Positions 17,130 through 30,811 of a stretch of 64,000 bases of DNA are shown piece by piece; the first letter of the stretch is position 1; every line of letters starts with the position of its first letter. The DNA lies in the NCBI RefSeq assembly GCF_009914755.1, contig NC_060925.1. One strand, written 5' to 3'. A program made the translations under genes and the position numbers. This stretch comes from the human T2T-CHM13v2.0 reference genome, Homo sapiens. The notes under the pieces were generated by a model, which was not told the DNA's origin, ran no database searches, and saw only the letters and a program-made list of their open reading frames with translations.

Positions 17130-17940
17130 GTAATCTCCAGTTCCCTGCTGGACATTTCCTTTCAGATATTCTGCAGTTCTTTCAAATGTAACCAGTCTCA
17201 AACAAAATTCACTATCTCCTCTCAAATTATAGTCTTTTCACTGACTTTCTTATTTGCAAAAGTTACCTTTTTTTTTCCTCCCTGGCTTGAAATCTCTGGG
17301 TCATCTGTGTCTGTGTCTCTCTCTTTTTAGCTGAGGAGTCGCCCTGGTTATTCAATTGCACTCTTGAGACAGCACTCTACCCATTCCCTCTAATTCCTTT
17401 TGTCACCACCATGGATGAGAGCTCATCGCCCCCGCAAACATGGATTGTGCAATAACTTCCTAACTTGTTTTTCTACCTTTAGTTTATCCTGTATACTACC
17501 TGCTAATTAATCCTAAAATATCATTTTCAACAGTTACCTCCTTGATCAAAAACTTTCAGTTGCCTATGGGAGAAAGTCCATGTCCTGACATTCTTGTTCC
17601 TCCACAGCCTGGTCCCACCCCACCTTCCAGCCCTGAGCATGCCCTGCACTTTCTTGCCTTTGCACTTTAGTTAATAATGTTTCTCTTCTCCTTCCTCCTC
17701 CCCTTCTCTACCTACTGAATTGCAAACTCTCAAGATCCAAATCAAATCCTTTGTTGACTTTGCCATTCCCAAATATTTATTTCTCCCAAATCAGTAAGAC
17801 TATACCACCCACCAACCTGTTTACTACTACCCGTTGCTAGTTATTTTTCACAAATAATGTGTATATCTTATCTTACCTTTCTGATGGGAGGGAGAGGATA
17901 GGAAATGTGCCTTATATTTCTTTACCTTCCACACAACACC
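17130..17940 (+). mobile_element. L2 fragments (degraded)
   Basis: ctgctggacatttc..tcctaacttgtttttctacc..aaaactttcagttgcc..ccttgcctttgcac. Confidence 0.6.
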
Positions 17941-17944
17941 AAGT

Positions 17945-18890
17945 GAGTATCTACTGTAAAGCCAAGTGCTGTGTTGCATACTGGGGATACTGAGAAGAAC
18001 AAGATATATTAAGGAGCTCACAGGCTAATAGTATAGATCAACATGTAGACAAATAGTCACAATTGGGTATGAAAGAGCTAGTAAAGATATGCCTCGAGGA
18101 CTCTGGGAACACAGAGAAGAGCAATGACAAGCAACTAGAGAAATTGGTTCACAAAGGGAACTTTGAGCTGACTCTTGAAGGTTGAGTAGAAAATAAAAGC
18201 TCTTTAGGTAGAGAAGTAGAGAAGAGCTTTTGAGGAGCAGAGAACACCATGTTCAAAGGTCCAGAGGCATGTATGGTGTGTGTGAAGCCTGGTGAGATAA
18301 GAGCAAGATGTGGGAAAGAACACCAGGAGAGGAGCCTGGAAAAATAGGCAGCTTCCAGATTATAAGCACCTTTTCATGCAAAGAATATGGGAATTGATCC
18401 TACAAGGTAGGTAGGAAGCCAAGGGAGGTTTGTAAGTAAGGAAGTGACATGGTCAGATTTGTATTTTAGAAAATTAACTCTGGCAGCAGCATGTAAATAA
18501 ATCGCAGCTGGAGACACTTGAGGGAGAGACACCAAGAGAGTTTAGGGGTCTGGACAAAGGCTAGGCTAATGGGGATAGAGAGGTCTGTTTACCTGAGGTA
18601 TGTTAAGGGGGAGCATAAATAGACTTAGTCTACCATTGGATATGGTGAGTGAGGGAGAGAATGGGAGACTATGGATCACTAAGGTTTTTAGGTTAAGAGA
18701 CTAGTAGTGTACGCATGACCCTATTCATCGAGGTAGAAAATACAGAGGTGAAAGACTGGGTTGTTTTGGCTATTGCTGCTGTTGTTGTCATTTCTATTGT
18801 TTGGGTGGGGTAAGTAATGAGGTTAGTGGCAGATGTGTTAAGTTAAAGGCACTTGTAGACCATTGACAAGGAGATGTTGAGTAGCAGGTA
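17945..18890 (-). mobile_element. L2 fragment
   Basis: gagtatctactg..ctggggatac..ggaagtgacatggtcagatttgtattttagaaaattaactctggcagcag. Confidence 0.8.
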
Positions 18891-20237
18891 AATTTTTCTT
18901 GTGCCTGTCTCACAGCCTGGCACAGAGTGGGTACTTAACAAATGTTTGTGGAGAAACAAAATGAGAACCACCCAGACTAGGCATGTAAGCAATACATGAA
19001 CTGACTAATTACCCATGTAAAATCATACCCTTATTTTCATGGCAAGGAATATAATATGTACTAGTTCTTCTAGTGATGAGAGATCACACAAAAGTTACAC
19101 TGAGAGTCCTCAATTAGGTCATTGCCATGGCCTGGTTAGCACAGACACTCTGCTTTCTCTGGCAGACATCATCTGAGGGACAGCATGAACCAGGGAACCT
19201 CAGAGTACAGTGACATTGATGTATGAACACATAAACCTTGCACAAGGCCTGTAAAATTTCTCTCAAGGACACAGAAAACAATGGATTTCAAGGTCCATAA
19301 ATGTTGACTTCATATGAATACTTAAAATGAGACATGGATATTTAGTACCTTTTTTAAACTTAAGAAATCTGAAATAAATCCTGATAAATCATATCCTATT
19401 CCATATGTATAACTCTCTTCTAGTCTCTTATAAATAACATTCTCAATTAATCCCAGAAAAATGGGGGTGAGCTAGGGAAAAAGGATGGAGAGAGGGAAAA
19501 TAGAAATGGAAGAGAGAGGGAAACAAAAGCCCAACAGAGAGAGACTTGAGAAATGGCCTGATGCACCCAGCAGATTCCAGGCCATTCAGCTTCAGTCAGC
19601 AGATATAAGTGATGTCCTGGGCCATGGAATTTTAAATATTAGCGGACATGTTTCAGTAGTACAGCACAAAGCCATTAATTTCTTTGGCATTTTCAGCACT
19701 TCATTGCTGCTAAGCATTCCCAGTATGTTCAAGTTAATAGAAAATTTGCAAGCCAAGGATATTTTATGCCTGCATAACTCTAGTTAAAAACACAGTATTG
19801 GGCAATATTTATAAAAGGTATAGACAATGTTCACACAGGTCCAACAAATGCTATTTAAAAGATGATAATGCACTTGTCTCACTTTAATTGCTTTTTCTGC
19901 TACTAGATTCTAATCACAATAGCAATATCATGCTCAAGGGCACGTTTCAACCCATAATATAAATGGCAGTCAGTGTGATAATATACATTTACCTTTCATG
20001 GTGATGCAGAAAGAAAGAAATAACATGTGCTTAAAGTACAGTTGGCACTCAATAAATTGTTTTGAACTGATTACAAACATGGGAGGCAGTTTCTCTGGAA
20101 ACAACTGTTTTGCTTCAGAATACTACAAGGCTCTTCCTCCCCCATTCTTCTCTTCAAGTCAGAATTATAGGCTGTGGATTTATGATATCTTCTAGCAGAA
20201 TTCTCCCATTTTCATAGATGAAAAATGTGATAAGCAT

Positions 20238-20745
20238 GCATAGTTAGTACTCTCTTGGTAGCACGTGACAGAAAACAGAACACCAATCAATTTAAGCAAA
20301 AAAATTAAATTTATTGGCCTGTGTAGATGAAACGTCCAGGGCGGTAAGTATAGTTTCAGATGTGGCTGGATTCAGAGCTCTATGTTTCACCTTATATGGC
20401 TGTCTTTCACCATATTTTTGGCTTTCATTGCAGAATCTAAGTGCCCCGGTAGAAAATGGCGGTGCCAGCCCTCAGCTTCCAGTAGAGCAGAAGTGTCTGC
20501 CTCAGTCCCAGAAGCCTATCGCATTTCATTGGCTTCAGTGGGGTCACGTGCCCCTCGGGCAGCTAAAATGTGCCGGTGGCGGCTTAATCTAGGTCGTGTG
20601 CCTGCCCTGGGGAACCAGCATCTCGCTGTAAGTGCACTGGCTTCCTGGAGAGGAGGGGTAGCTGTCTCTGTGCAGAATTGAAGTACACTATAACACCATG
20701 AGAAGGGAGAGTGAATCCTGGGGTGGGGAACCAATAAATGACCTT
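20238..20745. mobile_element. MaLR LTR (MLT1K/J-like)
   Basis: gacagaaaac..tttaagcaaaaaa..tttattggc..tcagatgtggctggattcagagctc; duplicated ggtcacgtgccc motifs. Confidence 0.7.
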
Positions 20746-20856
20746 GCGACCTTATGTAATATTTAAATTAAGATTTAAAAACAGCCTTTGCATCCCAAGG
20801 TAAAATCTTCCTCCATCTCAAAGAAGAGTCCCCGTTAGGGGAAGAAAAAAAAAAGT

Positions 20857-20880
20857 TATATATATATATATATATATATA
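20857..20880. repeat. (TA)n microsatellite
   Basis: About 12 TA units. Confidence 0.95.
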
Positions 20881-21874
20881 GCAGTTGTTTGAGGACAGCT
20901 GAATGAAGCCGTTTCTCGCATTTGGGTTTCTTCCTTTACCTTCCATTCTTCTCTTTGTTACCACCAGCATCAGTCAGAATCCCCACAGTGTCTTCTCCTC
21001 CAGAACAAAGTATTCAACAGATACTCATTTCTGATTCCTGTAAGAAATGTTAATTGAGTCTGGGCTTCTCCACTGAATCCTGAAAATTTTAGAGTATGTC
21101 CCCACCTTCGCCACCCACAATCCTGACAGTTTTGGTGTCACCTTAATCTAAGAACCCAACCTAATCTTCCAAGTCCGCTTGCATTTTGTTTGTTTGGGGA
21201 AGTTAACGAGTATTAACAGCTGTTTATTTGGACCTGGATGGGTCAAAGGCCCTGGATGTGGGCCAGAACCACATAGAAGTCAGAGGCTTTAGTATTATCC
21301 CTCTGCTCTGAATGCATCCATTTCTTTTGTTTCTCATTATTATTTTGAGCCCTTCAGATTCTTTCAGAGTTCATTTTCCATTCACTTCCTTGTCATAAAT
21401 ATACATTGTGCAGGCATTTTTCTTTTTAACTGTGTCCCCCAGATTTTACTTGACCACTTGGCTGCATCCATTTGCCAGATGAAAATCTATGTTCTTCAAA
21501 AACTGCTGAAAATGCCAGTGTAGTCATGCATGCTAAGTGTCAGGAGGAAGAATTGGTGCTGCAACACACAAGATGATGTCAGAGAGTTATTCCTAGGAGC
21601 ACAGCATGTCCTTGCTGCCAGCAAATCTCTCTCCTGCCATTCAGAAATTCTCACTTTGTTCAGGTGAAGGTTCTGTTGCCACACTTTTTTGAAAATTGCA
21701 CAGACTCCACTTCACTTCTCATTTATCCAAAATCAACTAAAATGAATAAGTGGGCTTTCTGGATTTGCCACACATTAATCTCATTCTTTTATGCAGTAAA
21801 ATGCCTTTGCTGGAAACACAGAAAAGGGGAAGACATAAATAACTGCCAATGTATCTGTAAATTTTAATTTTAAT

Positions 21875-22373
21875 TGTATTAGTTATCTATTGCTTTGACC
21901 ATCCCAACATTTAATGTCTTAAAACAACAACTGTTTTATATGTTCATTATTCTGTAGGTCAACAGTTGGGGCTGAACTCAGCTGGTCTCTGCTGATCTCT
22001 TCTGGGGCTATTTTCACCTGAAGCCATTAATGCAGTTGCAATCATCTAACAAGTCAGATGGGATCTGATAGTCTGAGATGGCCTGACTCATATGGATGGG
22101 GGTTAATGCTGGCTGTTGGCTAGGTCATTGTTTCCAGCAGTCTTGCTTGGGTTTCTTCACATGGTCCCAGAAAAATTCTTGGCAACAAGAGAGAGAGTCA
22201 AGCCCAATGGGCAAGCATGCTTCAAGCCTCTGCCTCTGTCAAATTTGCTAATGTCCCATCAGCCAAAGCAAGTCATATGGCCAAGCCCAAGTCAATGTGG
22301 GAGGGCACTACTCAAATGCATGGGTTTGAGGTGGTGGAATCCATTGACAACCATTACTATAAAAATCTATCAC
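21875..22373 (-). mobile_element. MaLR LTR (MLT1G/H-like)
   Basis: Begins tgtattagttatctattgct..cttaaaacaacaa; ends aatctatcaca; contains gccaaagcaagtcatatggccaagccc. Confidence 0.82.
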
Positions 22374-22468
22374 ATTAAGTTAAACATCTACATCATTTCT
22401 TTTCTTAAAAATGAGATTTACTTGGGAAGATGTCAAGGCAAACTCATTACCAGGAAGAACATCTGTCA

Positions 22469-23205
<737 letters not shown>

Positions 23206-23389
23206 CTTAAAAAAAACAGAAGTCTAGGCCTGTATATTGATTCTGCTTAGATATTTAATATACAATTGCATTTAAGGTCCTTTCAAAGGACTTCTACAAT
23301 AGGGGAAGGTGAGACATTCATTGGGTTAGATAAATCAAATTAGTCATCCCAGTTCTGGTAATAGGGAGAGAACAAGGCAACTCTGACAG

Positions 23390-23615
23390 TTAATAGCAAC
23401 TAGCATTTCCTGAACACTGATTCTTAGCCACTGTGTGTGGTTTACTTTCTTTAAGCCTTGAACAGTTCTGTGATGTGGGTAGTTATCTTATGTCCATTCT
23501 ACAAATGTGGAAACTGAGGTCTAGAAAGTTTAACTTACCCAAGCACACACAGCTTAAATAGAAAGGTGGTGACTTGAACTCTGTCTGTAGAGCCTCTGTA
23601 ATTGTCCACTAAGTC
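23390..23615 (-). mobile_element. MIR SINE
   Basis: ccattctacaaatgtggaaactgaggtctagaaagtttaacttacccaagcacacacagct. Confidence 0.8.
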
Positions 23616-25309
23616 ATGCTACTTACTCCATGACATGGGACAAATGGATGGAGTCCATGAAATGATGTCTCTCCCAGGCCCAACACTTCAAATGTATGGT
23701 CCTGTTGCATGTTGCTCCTTCACGGAATGCGTTCCTTCTGGTAAGACCTCTGGACTTCCAAGTCATAAACAGGGAGTCCCAGAGGGCCTGAGGGAGGGAA
23801 ATGGCTTCCATACAACATGAGAATTGATAATAGGGTTGATTGTTTCCTACTTGGATTATACTGGGATCCCTTATGTTTCTCAGTGAAGTAGCTGCTGAGC
23901 CTAGCATATCTGGGCTTAAAGATGTAAATGATCCTCTGTTTATGCCAGCACCTTCTCATCAAATAGCATTATTGAAAATCAGAGATTTAGAATGACTGCC
24001 CTCCAACACATCTTAACGGAGTTATTCCAATAATATCGATAAGTGCAGATGATGATTAGAATGTAATGAGGGATGAGAAATACTATTCTGGATTAAGTCA
24101 ATTTTCTCATAAACATTTTCATAAAATCATAAGTAAATTTAGGCTCTGTACTTTTGTGGTCTATTCCCAAGTCCCTACCTCTACCTCCAGGAAACTTGGC
24201 CTCCATTCTTTCATGTTTCCTTCTACACACCTTTAGCATCATACAGATTTTAAATTAGGTTTTGTGAAATGAGGCCCCACAGATTTTTTACCATTGTCCA
24301 GTCATATGCCTTTTGGCAAAGGGAAGCTAAGAAGCAACAGCACTTGTCAGAGAAGTATCCTTACAACTGCCTTTGCAGGCGGATTGATTTAGCAGAAGAG
24401 AAGGCAGTGTTTAGCTAATTTTGAAGAAGAATAAATGCATTAGATGGTATTCAGTGGAGCATGATTTGCATAGCATATAAATTATATAGAATTGCAGTGC
24501 AGAAAACTCAGAGCTTTCCAGTGGTGAATGAGTCTAATTTGTAGCTATTTCTAGGGACTAAAACATTCCGAAATAATAACTGGAAGATTCACTTTCCATT
24601 TCACAATTTGTGGAACACACAAGATAGGTTAAAGTCTTTTTTTATGTTGTTTTCAAGTAAACCTCTTGACTAATTCATTTTGATTTTAAAAACATAATGC
24701 ATTGGTTTTTCCCTAATTCTGCACTGAAGTTGTACACATATTATCTGCCTCAATTTCCAAGCTTCAGTTCATATTTATGTATTTATAAAGTCTGCTGTTC
24801 TCAAAATGGAAGAAATCCTAGAAAAATTAATTATTTAATGAGTTTCAATATTCAGATTTGTGAGTTTTCACTTAGAATATAAATTTGGAGGCACATTCAA
24901 AATTTAAGCATAGCTTGACACAAATTAATATCCACATGAGCAGTGTGCAGTCAGATGAAAAAGAGATGAGAAGAATGTCTTCAAAGAAGATAGGACAGAG
25001 AATCTGTTTCCCTGTGAAGCTTGTTGTTTTGACTCAATGATATAATGAAGGTACACTGCAGGAAGAAGGCATTGATTCTGATCCCAAATCCAGCCATTCA
25101 AGTGCTGCTCAGAAGAAGAAATAGGGAATAGGGAAACTGGAATTCCATTCAACTAGAATTTCCTGGGCATTAGAATGTTTACAAATATGTAGATGAAATT
25201 GACATAGATGTTGGCTTCAAGAAATGAACTGTCCAGTGTGATAGACAAACAAACATCTATCAAATGGGAGGCAAAATGTGCTGTAAGTTTGGATCTTGGT
25301 AGAGGAGTT

Positions 25310-25405
25310 GGTTGTACATTATGAATATGCTAAATGCCACTGAATTCTATACTTTAAAATGGTTAATTTTATGTTATATGAATGTCACCTCAATATTTCA
25401 AAAAT
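25310..25405 (+). mobile_element. L1MB-type 3' end fragment
   Basis: gctaaatgccactgaattctatactttaaaatggttaattttatgttatatgaatgtcacctcaat. Confidence 0.8.
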
Positions 25406-25740
25406 GTGCTGTGAAGAGGCACAGAAAGAGAAAGGAAGAACCCCATTTCCTTGGGAATCTTTGCCTGTCATCTCTGAAGAAAAGAAGGCTTGCACATGGA
25501 AGGTGGGGAGCATCTGGGGGCTTGAAGTACCTGAGTATCTCAGTTCTGCTTTTGTTTTACTAGTGGACATCTGTTATTTTGAAAACTCTGCTGTTGTCTG
25601 GCCATTCTGGGTTAGAACATAAGTCCCATGAAGAGTAGGTCCACTGGAAATGTATTTGTCTACCTGATGAGAGTTGGGGACCACAGAAGTGACCAAAATA
25701 CCAGTGAACTGGGGAAAGGACCTTAGATTTTAAAACTAAG

Positions 25741-25936
25741 TTGAGAACACATGGACACAGGAAGGGGAACATCACACTCTGGGGACTGTTGTGGGGTGGG
25801 GGGAGGGGGGAGGGATAGCATTAGGAGATATACCTAATGCTAAATGATGAGTTAATGGGTGCAGCGCACCAGCGTGGCACGTGTATACATAGGTAACTAA
25901 CCTGCACGTTGTGCACACGTACCCTAAAACTTAAAG

Positions 25937-25977
<41 letters not shown>

Positions 25978-25990
25978 TAATTAAAAAAAA
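25741..25990 (+). mobile_element. Young L1PA (PA2/3-like) 3' UTR, 5'-truncated, with (TAA)n tail
   Basis: cacactctggggactgttgtggggtggggg..gtaactaacctgcac..cctaaaacttaaagtata; TSD aaaactaa at 25732-25739 and 25991-25998. Confidence 0.95.
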
Positions 25991-25994
25991 AAAA

Positions 25995-26175
25995 CTAACT
26001 CTGCCCCTACTTGCTGTGTGGCCTTGGGCAAGTCAAGTTAATGAACCTCTCTGAAATTCTGCTTCCTCTCTAGCAGATTAGGGGGCATGAAAACTGTCTT
26101 AGATGGTTTTGGAAAAGATTAATACCATAATGCAAAGTGTATTGCACAGAAGAGACACTCATAAATGTTAACAGT
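25995..26175 (+). mobile_element. MIR SINE (target of the L1PA insertion)
   Basis: ctctgcccctacttgctgtgtggccttgggcaagtca..aacctctctga. Confidence 0.75.
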
Positions 26176-26370
26176 TTCCCTTTCTGTCCCATCTCCCAGC
26201 CCCCTCAGCTCACCCCTATGATCTCACTTGATGCTCTCATCATAGAAGTCATTTCCTATGAAGCAGCAACAACACTGGCCTGAAAAATTACCCTCATTAG
26301 GTTACAGTTATGCTGGAGGAACTCCTTTCTCTTGACTTCATATTTTCTTATGAAACAGCTTCCACTAGAG

Positions 26371-26682
26371 CAGGGATCTGCAAACCAAATCTAGCCACCA
26401 CTTGATTTTGTACAGCCCACGAGCTAAAAAATGATTTTTAACATTTTTAAATGGTTGAAAATCAGTCATAAGTAGGATATTTTGTGGAACATGAAAATTC
26501 CAATTTCAGCATTCATAAATAAAGTTTTATTGGAACACAGTCACATTCATTCATATATGTTCTGCTTATAGCTGCTCTTGCACCACAATGGCAGAACTGT
26601 GTAGTGTGACAGAGACCCAGTGGCCTGCATAGGACACAATTCTTATTTTCTGGCTTTCTATGGGAAATGTTTGTGACCCCTG
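26371..26682. mobile_element. MER58B hAT-Charlie DNA transposon
   Basis: cagggatctgcaaac..ttttgtacagcccacgagctaa..aataaagttttattggaacacag..tttgtgacccctg; ctag-type target site. Confidence 0.88.
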
Positions 26683-27113
26683 CCCTAGCATGTCATTCCT
26701 GGCCCTTCGCTCCCCTCTCCACTTACTTCCCATTGACAGGTGAATTTCTTGGCTGGGTGGGGCCAATCTATTAAAGACTACATGATTTCATCTCCTTTTC
26801 TTTCTACTCTGTCATCCACCAGTGGGAAGCACTAATCCTGAGTGACAATATCTACTCTACAGGGCTGTCCCAAGGCCTAGGCTGGGAGAGGGGGAATAGG
26901 AAGGTCCCAAGAGTTTGAGCTGACTCCCTAGATTTCTAGCAATCCCTTTCTCCCCAACCATAGGTCCTTAGTTTGAACCCTCACCATCTCTCGTCTGGAT
27001 CACTAAAACATCCTCCTACATGGCCTTGCTGCCTCCAGCATCATCTTCTTCCAACAAAGAGCAGCCAATATAATCTTCTTAAAACAAAAATCTGATCTTA
27101 TTTCTTCTCCAAC

Positions 27114-27543
27114 TGTGAAGATTAATGGCATGAATGGCCCAATCTTTCATGCCTCTCTGTACCCACACCCAAGGTAGTGCCTTCCCACACAAATTCTAGG
27201 CTCAAGCATGTGAATTGCTTCAGCTAAGGGAATAATAGAAAACTTGATACAGAAGAGGCTTGAAAAAGCACTTTCATGCTGCCTCCTCTCTTGGATCCCC
27301 ACTAGTGCCACAAGAACATGCCTACAACACATGGAGGAGAGGTGAGTTGTCCCAGTCGAGGCCGTCCTAGATGAGCCAGGTCCCAACCAACCTGCTAGTT
27401 GCCTGAAAATGCATAATGAGTCTCAACCAGAGAAGCAGAACTGTCTAGCCAATCAGTAGATTTGTGAAAAACAATTGAAGACTGTCATTTTAAGTTTCTA
27501 AGTTTTGATGTGGCTTGTTATTCAGCAATAGCTAACTGATACA
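27114..27543 (+). mobile_element. MaLR LTR (MLT1H/G-like) solo LTR
   Basis: TG..CA termini; ends ttcagcaatagctaactgataca; 5-bp TSD ccaac/cctac. Confidence 0.82.
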
Positions 27544-27827
27544 CCTACTTTAAACTCTTCAATGCCTTTAATTGCCTCTGCAAAAAGCCTAAACTCCTTA
27601 ACTTAATAACATAGAAGGTCTTTCATCATCTTGCTGAGCTCCATACCTTTAGGTAACCAGCCCTTTCCAGTGATGTGCAGCTATCATTGTAAGAACAGGT
27701 TCCCAACACCCTTGCCTGGTTCTCTCTTTACTGAACAGGTCCTGGTTTCCCCTGCTTAGATTGCCCCTCAAACTTAGTTGATCTTAGATTCCCTTTTTGA
27801 CTATAACTTACACTCACCCTATAAATC

Positions 27828-28060
27828 AAGGTGTTTTCCAAACTTTGAGTTGATCCACTGGGTTATAAGTTTAGAGAGTTAGGACTAGCATTTTTTTTTA
27901 GATGACATTGAAAAAAAAAGTAACAGGCAGGATAAAATAGAAAAATATCAGAGTGAATTCTAGGTAGTAAATTTTCAATGTGTGTGCATTGGTTTGCTAT
28001 GCAATATGTGTGTATTTTTTCTGCTGGACATGATAAAAAAAAATGTTTGAAAACACACTG
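27828..28060. mobile_element. Non-autonomous hAT-Charlie fossil (MER112/113-like)
   Basis: caaggtgttttccaaact..aatagaaaaatatcagagtg..gtttgaaaacacactg termini. Confidence 0.6.
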
Positions 28061-30811
28061 CTTTAGAACATTACTTCTGGCTACTCTGCATAAATACTGC
28101 CCCAATCTGCCTGTCCTCACACCCAACCCATGATGGATCCCATAGGCAGCTTTCCCCAGGGCCTGCCCTGTCTCACCTGCCCTCACCAGCCTATCTACCC
28201 ACATCACCCTCCACTCCCCAACAGAACCTGTCACAATGAAGCAGCAGCTTCCTTGCACAATTAGCACCCTATCATGCCTGTGTGCCTTTGCAATTTGGTT
28301 TTTCCTCTGCCAATAAAAACCCTTCCTGCCTCATTCGGCTGGAAAATTCCTATTTGTTAGGAGTGTTGTAAATGCATCCTCCATTATTCAATCTTCAAGA
28401 TATAGCCCAAATGGCACATTCTCTGGGAAGCTGCTTCTTCCCCTCCCTTCTCTTACACACCAAAGCTTACAATACATCAAACTTAAAAGCGTTGTTTTTT
28501 AAATTTTAACTTCGATTTCCCATGTTTTTTACTGGAGAATCATCTGTTTTTCTATGTGCTCCCATACCCCCCTGTGCATGCAGCTGGCATACCCTTAGCA
28601 ATTACAGATTTATAGTTGTTGCATCTGTGTGCATATTTTCCATACAAGGTTGGAAGCTCCTTGAGGTTAAGGACTGAGTCTTATTTATCTTTGTATCACC
28701 AGCACCTAGAGCAGGGCCTGGCATCAATACGAGTTGGCATTCAACTCGAGTTAAAATTGTCCCCTGGTATGTTTTGGGAAGCACGAGTGGCCTGTGGGGA
28801 TGAGATACAGGGCTACTTGGCCTCTGTGGGAAGACGATGGCCCAAGGAAACAGACAGGAGAGGGCACACTCCAGTGCTGGGGCTTCTTCAGAGGAAAAGG
28901 GTGAGCTCCCATGAAGCCCATTCAGCTTCCTTAGTAATTCAACCAGCCATGTTCCCAAGCACTTCAAAAACAAAGTGAAATAAAGAAACCCAAACCCACA
29001 CAATGTGAAGAAGCAGGAAAACACTCCACAGACTCTTCTAGAGGGTTTTGTGTGCTGCGACACAGGAGATGAATAAAGGAGCACACAGAGTAATCAGAGA
29101 TGAGAAAAATCCCGTGAAAGGCACAGAAACCTCAGGGCTGGGGACGGATGGGGCCGTTTACGGACTGCAAAGAGGAAGAAAGAAGATAAGAGCTGAAGCT
29201 GAGACTGACATGAAGATGGGCACTCAAGGGGCCCTGACAAGTCAGAAGGAAAACTTTTCTCACGGATTATATAAAGTGAACCGGAAAGTAACGACAACTT
29301 CAGAGAGACCAGGGGGAATAATTTAGTTACTCAAAAAGGACACTCTGTGGATGTGAAAAATTCACATGAATTCTTTGCTCCATGCTGCACTTGCACAGTA
29401 CTGTTGTGGGATTTTTCCACATACTGCTTGTCCCAGTTACCAGGTTTCCGATAAAGGGCTCTGTTGTGGCCATCGTTAATTAATTACAGGTACAGTGAAT
29501 GGTAGCAGAGTACCAACTGGAGAAAGTTAGTACAGGAGGCTTTGAAAATTTCACCCTAACTTACACAAGTTATAAAAGGGGGTTTAACTTACCCTTGGGT
29601 GTTTATAAATAATTCCAGTACCTAGCACAGTGCCTGGCACACTCGTAGGAGGAAACAGCTGAAGAGGAGTCAATGAATCATTTTATAGCTCTTCTACCCT
29701 TGCTAAAGCAACCAAACCACTTTGGTTTGTAAGAATAGCAGTTCCTAAAATAGACAACATGTCTCTGGAAGACTGTGCTAACTGGGCAATGAGGAGTAGA
29801 GAGAGGAAAGGGCGGAGGGGGAGGAGGGGAAAAGGGAGAGAAGGAAAAAAAGTTTCTCTCTCTTTCAGGCCATACAGGCCAATTTCAAGGAGAAAATGTT
29901 CTGTATGAGCATATGATTCAACCAACTCAATCAGATACAAAGGGAAATAAAGTAAGGCAGGTGAAACCTAAAGCCAGGAAGAGTGGAAGTGACTTTGGAC
30001 TCAGAGTTCACGATGAGATAAGTCTAAAAGAACGTAACATAACTGTCAATTTCTTGTAGCAGAGCCAGCTACCTGGCTTTTTAAATGACTTATATCATCA
30101 ACCTGGGGGATGTGAACCAGGTGATGAATCAATTACCTCAATGAGATAAAATGCCTAAACTCCATTAATGCATCTGGGAACAACAGAAACAACAAAAAAA
30201 TACTGTCAGGTGTCTCCTGCAAAGCAGGTTGAGCAATTCTCCTGATGTTGGTCTCTTAGACTGAGTCCAGGGGTTACAAGCTGTTCACTCCCACGGTGAA
30301 CTCCAAGCAGTGCCTACAATAGGTTGTTGGGGCAAATACCTCACTGCCCTTGGGAATAACAATAAGAAAAGAGATGGCAGGGAGAAACTGAGAAGGAAAG
30401 GGTTCACTTAAGTAACCAGGGGTTAGACAAGGCAACCTAAGACACAAAAGGAAGGAAGAAATGGAACTAATAAGAAACAATTTGAGTATAGTTAGCTGGA
30501 GCTTCCAACTAGATGGGCTGCTGAAAAAAACAAACAACTTCATGCCAGTTATTTATTGACTGTCCCTAAGCCAATGCCAGTCAAAGGCAGTCCATAATAT
30601 CCCCAGCTATCCCTTAGGAAAAAAGTTCTCGAGCAATTCAGGTAGCTGGAAAAAACACATAAATACTCCAGGACAACAATTTTAGAATAAGAAAGCACCA
30701 ACAGAGAGAGAAGGGATCTTTAGATTCCGAGTCACAGTGTTTGTACCTTTAACACAATTTGATATATAAAAATTACTCACTATATATGAGCTAAATTTCT
30801 CTATCTTTCTC

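Larger units (their letters stand above)
26940..28760 (+). mobile_element. L2 fragments interrupted by MLT1 and a Charlie element
   Basis: cctcaccatctctcgtctggat..aaaacaaaaatctgatc; 3' end ctccttgaggttaaggactgagtcttatttatctttgtatcaccagcacctagagcagggcctggca. Confidence 0.6.

Noticed and set aside
24464-24471. Octamer ATTTGCAT (also at 58816-58823)
   Set aside because: Isolated 8-mers are expected a few times by chance in 64 kb of AT-rich DNA
28602-29326. Overlapping 160/120/92-aa ORFs
   Set aside because: Partly L2-derived, no recognisable domain or exon structure; lengths expected by chance
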